Assembly (NCBI RefSeq): GCF_037042905.1
Contig: NC_087246.1
Span: forward strand, 2,978,001-3,038,000
Source of the DNA: Lytechinus pictus
Taxonomy: Eukaryota
DNA length: 60,000 bases
Direction: 5' to 3'
In this document: positions 13,694 to 26,237 of the stretch, piece after piece
Position numbering within the stretch: the first letter of the stretch is position 1
Layout: every line of letters begins with the position of its first letter
Translations under genes and position numbers: made by a program
The notes under the pieces: generated by a model
Databases searched by the model: none
The model's input: the letters and a program-made list of their open reading frames with translations, nothing else
What the model was told of the DNA's origin: nothing

Positions 13694-15156
13694 TTAAAGG
13701 TTAAACACCATTTTCTTGAAACTTTTTAGTCATGGTTTTTTTACTCAATTTGAATAAGTTGATTCAAATGATATACACTGTACATGTAGTAATATCGACT
13801 TGGAAGACACACTCTTCAAACTTGAAATGTGATGTAGGCCTAATAAAGTCCTATCATCTTCCATCTACTTTCATAATCTAGGGATTTAAGGGGAGTATAT
13901 ATGACCCTGAATAAACTTAAGGCTTTGTCTTTATCTTCAAGTATTCTTTTAAATTTTGATAGGTCAATGCAAAGTAGGGCTCTCCATTTTTTTTCTTCAT
14001 TTTTTGACATCAGAAAACACATATTGATTTGTAGGTTGGTCAATAACAAGGGTCACTTGATTCCTGCCGTTTCCTTTCCATGCAGCATAGAATTATTCTG
14101 TTATTTTATACTACACATATTTTTTTTAAACTTAATCTCCGACTGGTCAAATCTACATGTACATATCGAATTGGCTGCTTTGGGAATGTACATTAATAGT
14201 GATTTATATGTACAATGTAAGTCTAGAACTATTCTTCCATGCACAAAATGGCAAAAAAACAAAATATCATCATTATTATCAAAAGTTTTATTTTTCTTTT
14301 CATGAAGACCTTTATGCCACCAGTATTATTTTCTGGTGACACAACATCTGCTCCTGTGACAATTGCTCCGGTCTTGAGATCTCACAAGTCATAAGATAAG
14401 AGTTAGGATTGTTATAGAGTTTTGGGTTAAAATATATACATATATATATATATAGACTAGGATTAGGGTTTATTTAGGTTCGGAGGTTAGGTTTTATGTT
14501 TCGCTTTATGTGCAGATTTTCAATCAGAGCAATTGTCGCCATGTAGGTACTCGGGGAAACACAAAAAATCCTTGATTAAAAGTAAGTTACATGGACTATA
14601 GGAAAGTTATCCCGTCCACTTGTCATAATTTACATTTAATACCCAGTTGCTAATTTGAAATTTACAAAGTCTTTGGGATATCAATTTTAAATATTTAGCC
14701 ATAACTTTTTTTCTTCTAGTCCCATTTCTTTCAAACTGTCACCATTCTCTTTTACTTATTTTTCTCCTATTTTGTAACCAAGCTTCTCTTGTCACTTCAC
14801 GAAATAAGCTTCCTAGATGTCAATTCTGAAAATTGTAAGATATTATAAACTATTTGATCTTCATTTGTTGAAATATAAGAATTCATAAAAAGTCGTCATT
14901 CATATTCAGGGTAAGATAAAAAATGATACCAATATCAGACATGAAAGGCAAATTCCTTTGTAAACCTGAAAGCATTGATTTGTCAGTCATCTTCGTATCT
15001 TGGTAGACAGGGAGAATGGTCCCTGGAAACATGTTCCTACAAAAACGTATCGCTCATCTCGTCATGAAACAGGCCTACGCTAAGGTCTCTGACGAGTTAA
15101 AATTAACCTAACACACACACACACACAAGAAATATAAAGAAGTGAAATTTTCTTAC

Positions 15157-15245
15157 CCGACTGTTCCAGTCTTATTGGCCAAGCATGCATCTCTTACTTT
15201 AGGATCAAAATCAGTCTCTTTATAGGGTGTTTCATCTTTATAGGG
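15157..15245 (-). CDS. RAB34: Rab34/Rab36 coding exon 2 (PYKDETPYKETDFDPKVRDACLANKTGTVG)
   Basis: tgtag| acceptor, GG|gtaag donor, 89 nt. AC..TGTVG motif typical of the Rab34/36 N-terminal extension. Confidence 0.9.
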
Positions 15246-17872
15246 CTACAAATTAGGAGAATAATAAAGGTAAAAGATAGCAGTTGCAGCAAACACTTAT
15301 TTCATGAGAAATTCTTGCAAATCAAGGTTAATTGTCAAAATATCATATCTAAATCTGGTACATTAAAGTAAATTTAGCTTTGGGAAATCATGAAATCTTA
15401 GCTCAAAACCAATAATCCTGATGATCACTAACACAGAAAAGTATATGTGGGACAATGTATTAATACTGCTCGGAAAAATACCTGACATTTAAATTGATGG
15501 AATTCCATGCTCATTTCGCTGATTTCTAAGCAATTACATGTACACATTTTCTTCCAGAGCCACTTGGCACATATTTTTTATTCATAATACATACAAACAT
15601 AATTTTATTGGATTCTGTTCAAACTCATTTTGAGATTGTTGCAGTACCACAACTGGTATTTATCTTTACAGGACAAGTCCACTCCAGAAAAATATTGATT
15701 TGAATGAATTGAGAAAAATCAAACAAGCACTATGCTGAAAATTTCATCAAATTCCGATATAAAATAAGAAAGTTATGACATTTTAAAGTTTCGCTTATTT
15801 TTCACAAAACAGGGACATGCACAACTCAGTGACATGCAAATGAGACAGTCCATGATGTCCCTCACTCACAATTTCTTTTTTTTTATTGTAAGAATTATAC
15901 AATATTTCATTTTTTACAGATTTTACAAAAAGGACCAACTTGATTGAACAGTGATATGCACAACTCCAATGAGACAGTCCATGATGTCCCTCACTCACTA
16001 TTTCTTTTGTTCTTTATTGTTTGAATTATACAATATTTCATTTTTTACAGATTTGACAATAAGGACCAACTTGATTGAACCATACATGTATGGTATTAAA
16101 CAATGCTGATTGCACATGTTCAGGGAGGAATTAATCGTTGTTCACAAGACAACAGGGAGAAAATTTGAATATTTCATATTCCATATAATAAAATACAAAA
16201 GAAATGGTGAGCGATGTCATCAGTCTCATTTGCATAACGACAAGAATGCGAATATAACTGCTTTGTGAAATTAAGCGAAACTTTAAAATGTCATAACTTT
16301 CTGATTTTAAATCCGATTTTGATGAAATTTTCATTGTTATGCTTGTTGGATTTTTATCTTTAAAATGATTCAAATCAACTTTTTGTTGGGGTTTTTTGTA
16401 GGTTTGTTGGTTTGTTTGTATGTTTTTTCTTTAGACAGACCCTCAGCATTTTCTAGAGTGTATTCTCTTTCTTCCCCCGTGCATCTTAACAATGCCAGCA
16501 AAACCCAGCTCCACACACTTATTTTATACTTCATTCGCAAAGATCCTCACACAACCCGCCAAAACTTCCTCAGCAACTTTTCTAGCTCTAACAACACTTA
16601 GGATGTGTCTGCATTCATTTCTTCTGATACTAGCGATCTCCGATCTTAACGGAGGAAGGATACAAGAGAGAGAACTTGTCCTTTAAATTTTATTACAAAC
16701 ATAGACCTTATTCCCTTCTTTTATCTTCTTCTGGCTCTGCTAATTATTTTCCTTATGTCACCTTTCTTCTCTTCTTACACCTAGTACCCACTTGTTCACT
16801 GCAACCACCGTACTCTGCCTGTGGGGAATCCATGGTATGCCAATGCAGTACACAGCATAAACTTAAAAAGTTCATTAAAATGTCACTTTTGGACCTTGAA
16901 GTAATAATCCCTTTTGCATCACCTGGAAGCTAAACAGGGAAGGAATTTTTGTAACCAAAAATACTTATTTCCATGCAGGTGCAATTTATTGTTCATTAGT
17001 AACTTGGGGATCATTTTTGTATTCACCAGAGCGCTCACAAATTTGAATTTTGGGCATATTATTGGTGGAAAGTAATATTGCAAGAAAATTGTCATATTTC
17101 AATATCTATTTTTAATTAAGAAAAAGACATTAAAAGAATTAAACTTACAAGTTATATCTGTAATAGAAACTGATACAGTAAAAAAATCAAGCATTTGTCC
17201 CCAAAAACAAGAGAAATTTATAAGCCAAACATTGCCAACCTTATTTTGAATTTTGCTACAAACTGACACAGGGAAGGAGCACTCATCCTACGAACGAGGT
17301 TATAATATAAGGAGGAGTAGTAACAGAGTAGTAGAGAACAGGACAGGAATAACCATCGTTTCTGGGGATTTATTGAACAATTTCTGACATGTTTTGCAGA
17401 ACAACCAAATACAGAGACTAAAAAAACGAAAGCTTTAGTTTTGGTCTTATCATATTCCTTGTTAATTGAATACATGTAAGTGCTTCTAGTCTACCTGAGA
17501 CTGAGTGTGAATATCATCTTCCTGCAAGCTGCTTCCACCTCTCTCTTCCCCTCCTCTTTCTCCTAATTTTTCTATCCATTTCTCTTCCTTACTTTTTTAA
17601 TTATACTTTTAATCGTGTTTCTATAAACATCAGTTGATCAGTACATCACCGTTCCATTGCACTGCCCCCACCACCACACTCTGCAAACCACCACCACCAC
17701 CAATCATTACCAATCGCTACCACCACCATGCACGCCACGGCCGCGGCCCGCGTGCCCGGGACACCGCATCGGCACCAACAACCATCACCATGGTCATCAC
17801 CAGTCATTAATAAAGTGAAATATTTAGACTGATTAAGAATCCATTTAGAAGATCTGATTTGTTGATGATTAC

Positions 17873-17923
17873 CTGTGGAAATTTCGTCAAAATTCTATCT
17901 CTTGCAGCTTGACTGATCCTCAT
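17873..17923 (-). CDS. RAB34: Rab34/Rab36-family small GTPase, coding exon 1 (MRISQAARDRILTKFPQ)
   Basis: ATG at 17923-17921, 51 nt, donor CAG|gtaat, phase 0. Resembles the Rab34 N-terminus (..RDRVLAELPQ). Confidence 0.85.
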
Positions 17924-18121
17924 GTTAATAACTGTTTAAATCAACGTTACAGAGTTTTTCCAGATACAGATCGCGGCAATGAGTGTGACGTGAGTGCTAC
18001 TGTAGTTCAGATCGTTTACTCCCGGCCCCAGAAATTGAATACTGTATACAGTACACGGAACACAGTCGAGGGATATGTACGAAGCCCCAAACCGGACATT
18101 TTTGACAACCAAAAAAAAAAA

Positions 18122-18423
18122 ATTATCACGTACGTACGTAGTATTATTACGTACGTACGTGATAATTATTACGTACGTACGCAGTATTATTGCGTACGTA
18201 CGTGATAATTATTACGTACGTACGTGATAATTATTACGTACGTACGCAGTATTATTACGTACGTACGCAGTATTATTACGTACGTACGTGATAATTTTTA
18301 CGTACGTACGCAGTATTATCACGTACGTACGCAGTATTATTACGTACGTACGTGATAATTATTACGTACGTACGCAGTATTATTACGTACGTACGCAGTA
18401 TTATTACGTACGTACGTAGTATT
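18122..18423 (+). repeat. 21-22 bp minisatellite ATTATTACGTACGTACG(CAGT/TGATA), left arm
   Basis: Tandem units; inverted counterpart at ~23044-23450. Confidence 0.95.
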
Positions 18424-19752
18424 CTAATTTTCATTGGTCTATGGAATCCGATATTCGCCGAATGTGGCCGACATCGGCACCCCGCATTGGCCCAACCAAC
18501 GTCAGCTTGCTAGCTGGGACCATGGTTGGACCATATGTCATGCTGGTGATGATCATGACTTTTCATCGATTGTAGGGCCTATATAACAGGGACCTGGGAA
18601 CGATTTTTTCAGTGGGGGTGCTGAAATCTCTCCTCAAAGGTGGGGGGGACACAATAATTGAATTTTCCATAATTACACACACACACACACCTCTAAGGGC
18701 ACCACACACACACCAACCAATCCTCCCCCCACACACACACATATATATATATATACATATATATGACAGTCACTTCTTAGCTTTCTTCTTATAAAAGAAC
18801 ATAGATATATAATGAGATAAGTCGAGCGCGATCGAAACGCGAGCTATTTTTTGGGGGGGAAATTCATGTATTTTGTCCTGAAAAATTGAATATTTTGAGC
18901 AATGTTTGTGGTCCTGAACAAGATGCGTATGTAACAAATAATAACTGCGAACGTGATCAGTGCGAGCAGATATTTTTTATATACGCTCTGGTCTGATCGA
19001 AAGGGAAGTGTTATAAGGAATGTTTGCAGTTACTCATTAAGACGATTCATATATCACCAATCAAATAATGCGAGCGCGAAGCGCGAGCTGAAAAAATTGA
19101 CATTCCGACCTAAATACTGGACATTCTAAGCACTTTTTGCAATCATGAACAGGATAAGATGCGAGCGCGAAGCGCGAGCGGAAACAAAATTGAGATTTCA
19201 GACCTATAATTGGGACATTCTATTCATGTTTTGAAAATCAAGAAAATGATGGGTAATTGGATATATTCTTACATTAATAATGTGAGCGCAAAGCGCGAGC
19301 AGAAAATTTTTGATATTCTGATCTGAAACTCCACACTGAATGCAATATGGTTTGAACAGATAAAGAGAAATCAGGCGAACATAAGAATAAAGATTTGATC
19401 AAAATCCGACAAGGAATATCAAAGTTATTGCATTTTAAAGATTAGCATTATTCCGGTGAAACAGTTTTAAGCATGTCTTCATTAATATTCAGTGAGCAAA
19501 CTGATGATGTCATATCCCCAATTGTTCTTTTGTATTTTATTATATAAAATTAGGTTTATTTGATATTTTCCCTTCAAGAACCAAAAAACAGTTGAATTGA
19601 CAACTGATTTAGTCTATTAGATATTCTTTGCTGCAACTTATTTCATTATAAGGGAGACATATCATTCACACTGGTATGAAAAAATTAAACAATTTTGATT
19701 CCATGTAATAACATAAGAAACAGGATAGTGGGGATGTGATATCTTCAACCCG

Positions 19753-20015
19753 CAAGGGCGGAAATCCCAGAGGGGACAGGGGGACGTGTCCCCCCTACCA
19801 AAAATAGTAGGGGGACACAATATCAAATGCCCCCCTACTATTTTTGGTCTTTCATGGAGAAAAATACATCACTTCACAATCGAAATAATAGCTTTTGGAC
19901 TAAATGACCTTACATTTTGGGTGAAAACCTTTTTTTTATTTTTTTTATGCTTGTCAAATTTTCCATGCATGCAGGCCCTGGTCCCTCTACCTTTGTGAAG
20001 AGATTTCCGCACATG
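19753..20015. mobile_element. hAT-like MITE inserted in an old Kolobok-like copy
   Basis: Imperfect TIR CAAGGGCGGAAATC / GATTTCCGCACATG; TSD TCAACCCG / TCAACCCA (7 of 8). Confidence 0.7.
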
Positions 20016-20403
20016 TCAACCCACCTATTTAATATTCATGACGACATGCATATCACCATTTTCATAAACTATTGCTAAACTTTAGAATTAAATAACTTAA
20101 CTATTTGTTATCAGATTTTCATAAAATTGTATTTGATATAAATATTTTCAGCCCGGAGTAGCCCCAAAACAAGCTGCGTATCTGAATAAACATGCGTGCG
20201 CGTGTTTAGAGTTAGCCCTTTAGTATCTGGGCGTTGTAAATACTTTGTTTTTATTATAAAAATCAATAATGCGAGCGCGAAGCACGAGCAGAAAATATTT
20301 GATATTCCGATTTGAAAAAGGGTGAATTTAAACACTATTTTAAGTACTGTGTCGGAAAATTCTTAAGGGGGTGGGGGTCTACAAAACGTCGTTCATTTTC
20401 ATT

Positions 20404-21988
20404 CCCAGGACCAAAATCCAATTGAAACCAGTTGGATTTCCAACTGGTTTCAATTGGTTTCAATTGGTTTTAACTGGTTTCAATTGGTTTTAACTGGAAT
20501 TTAACAATTTCCAGTTGAAACCAATTGAAACCAGTTGGGCAACTGGAAATCCTAACTGGAACCAGTTGGGTAACTGGAAATGACTTCCAATTGGAAATGA
20601 TTTCCAACTGGAACCAGTTGAGTAACTGGAAATCCCAACTGGAACCAGTTGGGCAACTGGAAATCCTAACTGGAACCAGTTGGGCAACTGGAAATCCTAA
20701 CTGGAACCAGTTGGGTAACTGGAAATGACTTCCAACTGGAAATGATTTCTAACTGGAACCAGTTGGGTAACTGGAAATCCTAACTGGAACCAGTTGGGTA
20801 ACTGGAAATGACTTCCAATTGGAAATGATTTCTAACTGGAACCAGTTGAGTAACTGGAAATCCCAACTGGAACCAGTTGGGCAACTGGAAATCCTAACTG
20901 GAACCAGTTGGGTAACTGGAAATGACTTCCAACTGGAAATTATTTCTAACTGGAACCAGTTGGGTAACTGGAAATCCTAACTTGAACCATGTTGTTGTGT
21001 AACTGATAATCCTAACTGGTACCAATTGGGTAACTGGAGATGACTTCTAACTGGAAAGATAGGTAACTGGAAATGAATTCTAATTGGAACCAGTTGGGTA
21101 ACTCAATAAAACTGGAACCAGTTGGGTAACTGGAAATGATTTCCAATTGGTTTCCAATTGGAAATTTTCCAGTTACCCAACTGGATCCAATTGAAACCAG
21201 TTAATTTGCATATTATCTGCCAGTGTGCACGGATTAATGTTTTATGAGATTCATCATCATTAACAATGTATCTATTTAATTCTTTTCAATTTCAAGTGCC
21301 ACACTTTTTAAAGATAAGTATTTAGAATACTTAGCAGTGAAAACCATGTTCATAAATGTTATAGATTATAATTAAAACAGATTAAAGGATAATTAGTACA
21401 CCACTAACTGTTACCAAATTACATCAAATAAAAATACATATATTTGAAGATCTTCCATACAATATATACATATGAAAGTCTGTATTTTATCAATGCCCTT
21501 TACATTGGTATTAATAGACATATAATACTGCTTCTGTGTTGGCATATGATCAATAGTTAGTGCAAATGCTAATTAATTTGTAACTAATTAAGTTCATTCC
21601 AATTAGTTCCAATTGGATCCAGTTGTAAACCAATTGGTTTCAACTGGTTCCAGTTGAAACCAATTGGTTTCAACTGGTTCCAGTTGAAACCAGTTGCCTC
21701 CAATTGGTTTCAACTGGAACCAATTGAAACCAGTTGCCTCCATTGGATTCAATTGGTTTTAATAGGGAAATTGGAACAACTGGAACCAATTGAAACCAAT
21801 TGCCAACTGGTTCCAGTTGCCCAATTGGTTTTAACTGGAACCAATTGGCAACTGGTTTTCAATTGGAACCAATTGGCAACTGGTTTTCAATTGGAACCAG
21901 TTGTTCCAATTTCCCTATTGAAACCAGTTGGCCAACTGGTTTCAATTGGTTTTGCCCTAATTGGTTTTAACTGGATTTTGGTCCTGGG
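20404..21988. mobile_element. CMC/EnSpm-like foldback element with AACTGG/CCAGTT subterminal arrays
   Basis: 17 bp TIR CCCAGGACCAAAATCCA, TT on both flanks, repeat arrays at ~20420-21205 and ~21600-21975. Confidence 0.8.
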
Positions 21989-23043
21989 TTACATTTCTGT
22001 CATTCATCAACTTACCACAAGATTTCCAGGAGGTGTTGCCTATGGAAAATAACACATGCAGCACCCCCACATTTTGGGGTGCTTCACCCCCAGCACCCCC
22101 GCTTCCCAGGGCCATGGGGCAGGGCGAAAAAGACTGAAATTTGATTTTTATTGTCTGAATTGTAATTCTTTATACAAAACACGGGCGGTCGGGCTCGCCC
22201 ACACTTGATTCGACATAAAACCCTCTAAGTTTCAAGTCCAACCACACCCTTGTCCCTCCCTGCTATCGAGTATAGTCATGGTAGTGTGTAAACTATAATG
22301 GTTATCACGTATCGCGCGCGACTACGTCTGTATCGGCGTGCCGGCCGGAGCTTATTGAGTCGCGTTACATGTTATAGGAGGGATGTTATTGGAATATGTG
22401 AAAGACGTTGTATGATTTGCGATTGTCGGATGTGATAATTATGTACATTATAACATATATAAAAAATACAAAGGGAACCTGATTTCGTGGGGGTGCTGCC
22501 TATGGAAAATAATACACGCAGCACCCCCAGCACCCCCGCGAGTTCCCAGGTCCCTGCTATATAACCCACAATATTCATATGATAACCATTTCATTTGTTC
22601 TCGTCATCAGGCTGTGTTTTCAATTAAACCATTCCTTTCAGCTAGAAACTGCTAGAAACACATTGGGGAAAGGACAATTAAAGGCCTATTATGTTAGTGT
22701 TTTGGCGAGACAGTTTTTTTTCAAAAATGTACCCACACGCGACACTGGGATGAGCCCCTATTATTTTACCACCCTTTTGAAATTGCTTCGTTCTCTGCTT
22801 AAATTTGAATATGATATGGTATTAATTGATGTAAATTAAGTGAAGATGTATAGGTGTTTAAAAAAAGAAAAACTATTTGAAGAGGCTGGTATTTAAAGGG
22901 AAATTCTATGCGGGAACAATCAAAGCAGAAGGCCTATTGTAGGCCCACATAAAAATTTAAAGCCTGCGGGCTTCGCGCTAGCGTGATCAGATTTCAGTAA
23001 CTACCGGTATTTGAATTCATGTATGACCTTTTGGGAGATAACA

Positions 23044-23450
23044 TTACGTACGTACGTAATAAATACTGCGTACATACGTGATAATACTGCGTACGTACGT
23101 AATAATTTTCACGTACGTACGTAATAATACTGCGTACGTACGTGATAATACTGCGTACGTACGTAATAATTATCACGTACGTACGTAATAATACTGCGTA
23201 CGTACGTAATAATACTGCGTACGTACGTAATAATTATCACGTACGTACGTAGTAATACTGCGTACGTACGTGATAATACTGCGTACGTACGTAATAATTA
23301 TCACGTACGTACGTAATAATACTGCGTACGTACGTAATAATACTGCGTACGTACGTAATAATTATCACGTACGTACGTAATAATACTGCGTACGTACGTA
23401 ATAATATTACGTACGTACGTAATAATACTGCGTACGTACGTGATAATTAT
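23044..23450 (-). repeat. 21-22 bp ACGT minisatellite, right arm (inverted)
   Basis: Reverse complement of the units at 18122-18423. Confidence 0.95.
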
Positions 23451-25600
23451 TTTTTTTTTTGGATGTCAAAAATGTCCGGTTTGGGGCTTCGTAGATATGA
23501 TCTATCAATCATGGAGCTATAACACTAACCGGTTAACCATGCACTCAAACCTCTATATATAAATTCTAACAAACTAGTACAGCCTTAAAAAAAATCAGAT
23601 CGCACTTCGCGCTCGAAGTAATTACCCAGGGAGTAAATAGTTAGTTCCATACGCGTCTTGTTCATAAACATTGCTCAGGAATGTTCAATTTTTAGGACAA
23701 AATTCCTTAAATTTCTATAAAATTTAGCTCGCTTCTCGCGTTCGCATTATTCAATCAGGGATCATGAGATAATTTATAAGAATAAAGCTAGAAGTCACTC
23801 TCCCCTTTGAAGAAAAAAAGCTTTGAGCAGCCGATCGGGGAGTGTGAATGAAATTTCCCCCCCCCCCCTCATTGGCGAAAGGTCCATATCTGTATATGTT
23901 ATAAATGTAATGTGAAATAAGTGTGCCCCCCCCCCCCTCATTCCGAAAAGCTTGCTACGATGGCTGCGGATGACTTTTTCGCCCCGCCGCCCCAGCCGCG
24001 GCAAACAATTCAGGGGCCGCGGAACGGTTTTCAAAGTGGGGGGGGGGGGGCTGAGCCAAAAGTGGGGGGGGCTGACCATGCAAAAATTCACAATCATATG
24101 GTCATTTTTACGTTTTTGTACACGGTTTTGGAAAAAAGTGGGGGGGCTGAAGCCCCCCCCCCCCCGCGCAGAGCGATTTTTTTTTTAGGTTTATAAGTGG
24201 TAAACATAAGCAAGAATGGATCTTTTAGTAAACATTTTGAACTTTGACAAAACAATTTTAAAATGCATCAACACGCCCGTATCGATATTTGATTTAATAA
24301 CTTGATCATATTAGTCCGGCAGCCCAGGAGGTTTATTCAACCGAAAGCCGGATAAGCAAATGACCCCATAGCTGGATGGCATGGACCCTGAAGTTTACAA
24401 AAATGCATTGCTGCCGGGTTCTATCCGTGGTCTTCCCTCCGAAATGATGTAATATATGACGTCACTACAAAATGGCCCTATATTTCACAATTTTTTAGAC
24501 ATTCTACACATAGCATGAAGTCAAGAGGAAATATCTCCGCCAAACCATGCTTGTTTTGTATGAAACTTTCAAAATATATTGTTCAAATAGTGCACAAGAG
24601 ATATGCAAATTTTCACGAACAGAAATAATTGTTTACATATGCAAATTACGTAATGAAATTTGCATATCATTAGTTTGGGAGATTTCTTGCATCAAAAATT
24701 GTCGAAAATCGATTCAGAAATTTATTTTCTTTTTTTAGTGTACTTTATTTGATATATTTCCTCTCAAGCATAATATCATTGTCTTTGTCTATATCTCTAC
24801 TTTTAGAAAATATATGCCAGTAATTGGAAATGACATTATAGACTGTGATTTCAGCCCCCTTTTCAGTATGGTGCGCACATAGAAATCGTGCGTTTTGGGC
24901 CTATTTTCACCATATAGCTGAGGTGTTCGAACGATATGCCTACTTTATTGATGTTTCCTGCATTTTGCATGATATTAAATCTTCCAAACAACATATTTTC
25001 ATCTCCATTATATATCTGCTGATAAATACATTATTTCAGCAAAGTCCATAGGCTTCGTTTTCAGCCTAGTTTTCAACAATGAACCTATACCATGTATGAC
25101 TGCGTTAATATGTATACGAGTCGGAAATGGGAGTTCCTTTGCACCATTATAATATATTTTTCACTCAACGTATTTGCCTGAAGTGTCTAGTTAATGAATC
25201 TTGATGTTCCCTTTGCAAAATCGTGTTCAACGGGGTGCAAAATTGATATCTTTGGCGGCCCTCATGGATTTTTTTAATGAAAAGTAATTATTTTCATATT
25301 TTTTTGCACAGAGTGTGACAATGGGACAATCTTAAATGAATGCGCATTTCACTATGATTCGGTTAGTAGAAATCGATCTAATTCGTTTACTGGACAGCTA
25401 ATATATTTTGAAATAAAATTAATCCCGAAATTGCCATGATTTTGGTCAAATATTTGCATGTGCACTGATATATAACTGTTCAACCAGTGGCGTAGACAGG
25501 TTCGTACACCTGGGGGGGGGGTGACTGGGCTGCCATCGCAGCCGGTAGGGAGCTTTTGCAATTTTGAACTTGAAATCGTGCAATCTGATGCATACTTGTA

Positions 25601-26047
25601 CCGTGTTTACACTTAATCGGCATTTGAATCGGCTCGCGGTTCTGAACCGCGAGCCGATTCAGCATCGGCTTTTTCATAGCGTGTAAACGCGAGCAACTTG
25701 AATCGGCTCGCGGTTCAGAACCGGCAATTTGCACCACCAAAGTAGTAGGTTCTGAACCGCGAGCCGATGCAGAATCGGCTTTTTTACTACGTGTGAACAG
25801 AAAGCCGATTCTGCACCGGCAATTTGTGCGCATTTCAATTACTTTACCATTGTGACGTAATTGTAAGCGCACTGATCCAGCGTTGTCTTTATTATGACGT
25901 ATATTGTTGGTGTGCGTATCATTTCAGGTTTTTGTATCGGCTCGCGGTTCTGAACCGCGAGCTGTAACAACGTGTAAACGCAATCCAAATGCCGATTCTA
26001 CATCGGCATTTGGTTCAGAACCAATTGCCGATTAAGTGTAAACACGG
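25601..26047. mobile_element. TA-flanked MITE, TIR CCGTGTTTACACTTAATCGGCA, internal palindromic GCTCGCGGTTCTGAACCGCGAGC units
   Basis: TA|CCGTGTTTACAC ... GTGTAAACACGG|TA. Confidence 0.85.
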
Positions 26048-26237
26048 TAAAAATGAGGTAAAATAACACACACAAGCGCGCACGCACACACACACATACT
26101 CACCCCCCCCCCCCCCGGCCCCACACACACACACATGGGTGCGCGCACCACACACATACTACGCCTTGAATGGACAGACACACATCGACAAGATCTACAC
26201 ACCGTGGCATACGAATACAGAATGGACTGACACATAG

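Larger units (their letters stand above)
18587..22556. mobile_element. Non-autonomous hAT-like element nested in the IS3EU-like element
   Basis: TIR CAGGGACCTGGGAAC / GTTCCCAGGTCCCTG; perfect 8 bp TSD CTATATAA (18579-18586 / 22557-22564). Confidence 0.88.
18078..23493. mobile_element. Non-autonomous IS3EU-like foldback DNA transposon with ACGT minisatellite arms
   Basis: 30 bp perfect TIR TACGAAGCCCCAAACCGGACATTTTTGACA, 6 bp TSD GATATG (18072-18077 / 23494-23499), TAC..GTA termini. Confidence 0.85.

Noticed and set aside
17983..17993. GTGACGTGA as a CLEAR/CRE element in the Rab promoter
   Set aside because: A single imperfect short motif cannot be distinguished from chance without conservation data.
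18122..23450. CRISPR-like or coding interpretation of the ACGT and AACTGG arrays
   Set aside because: There are no unique spacers and no cas genes; the units are contiguous minisatellites within TIR elements.
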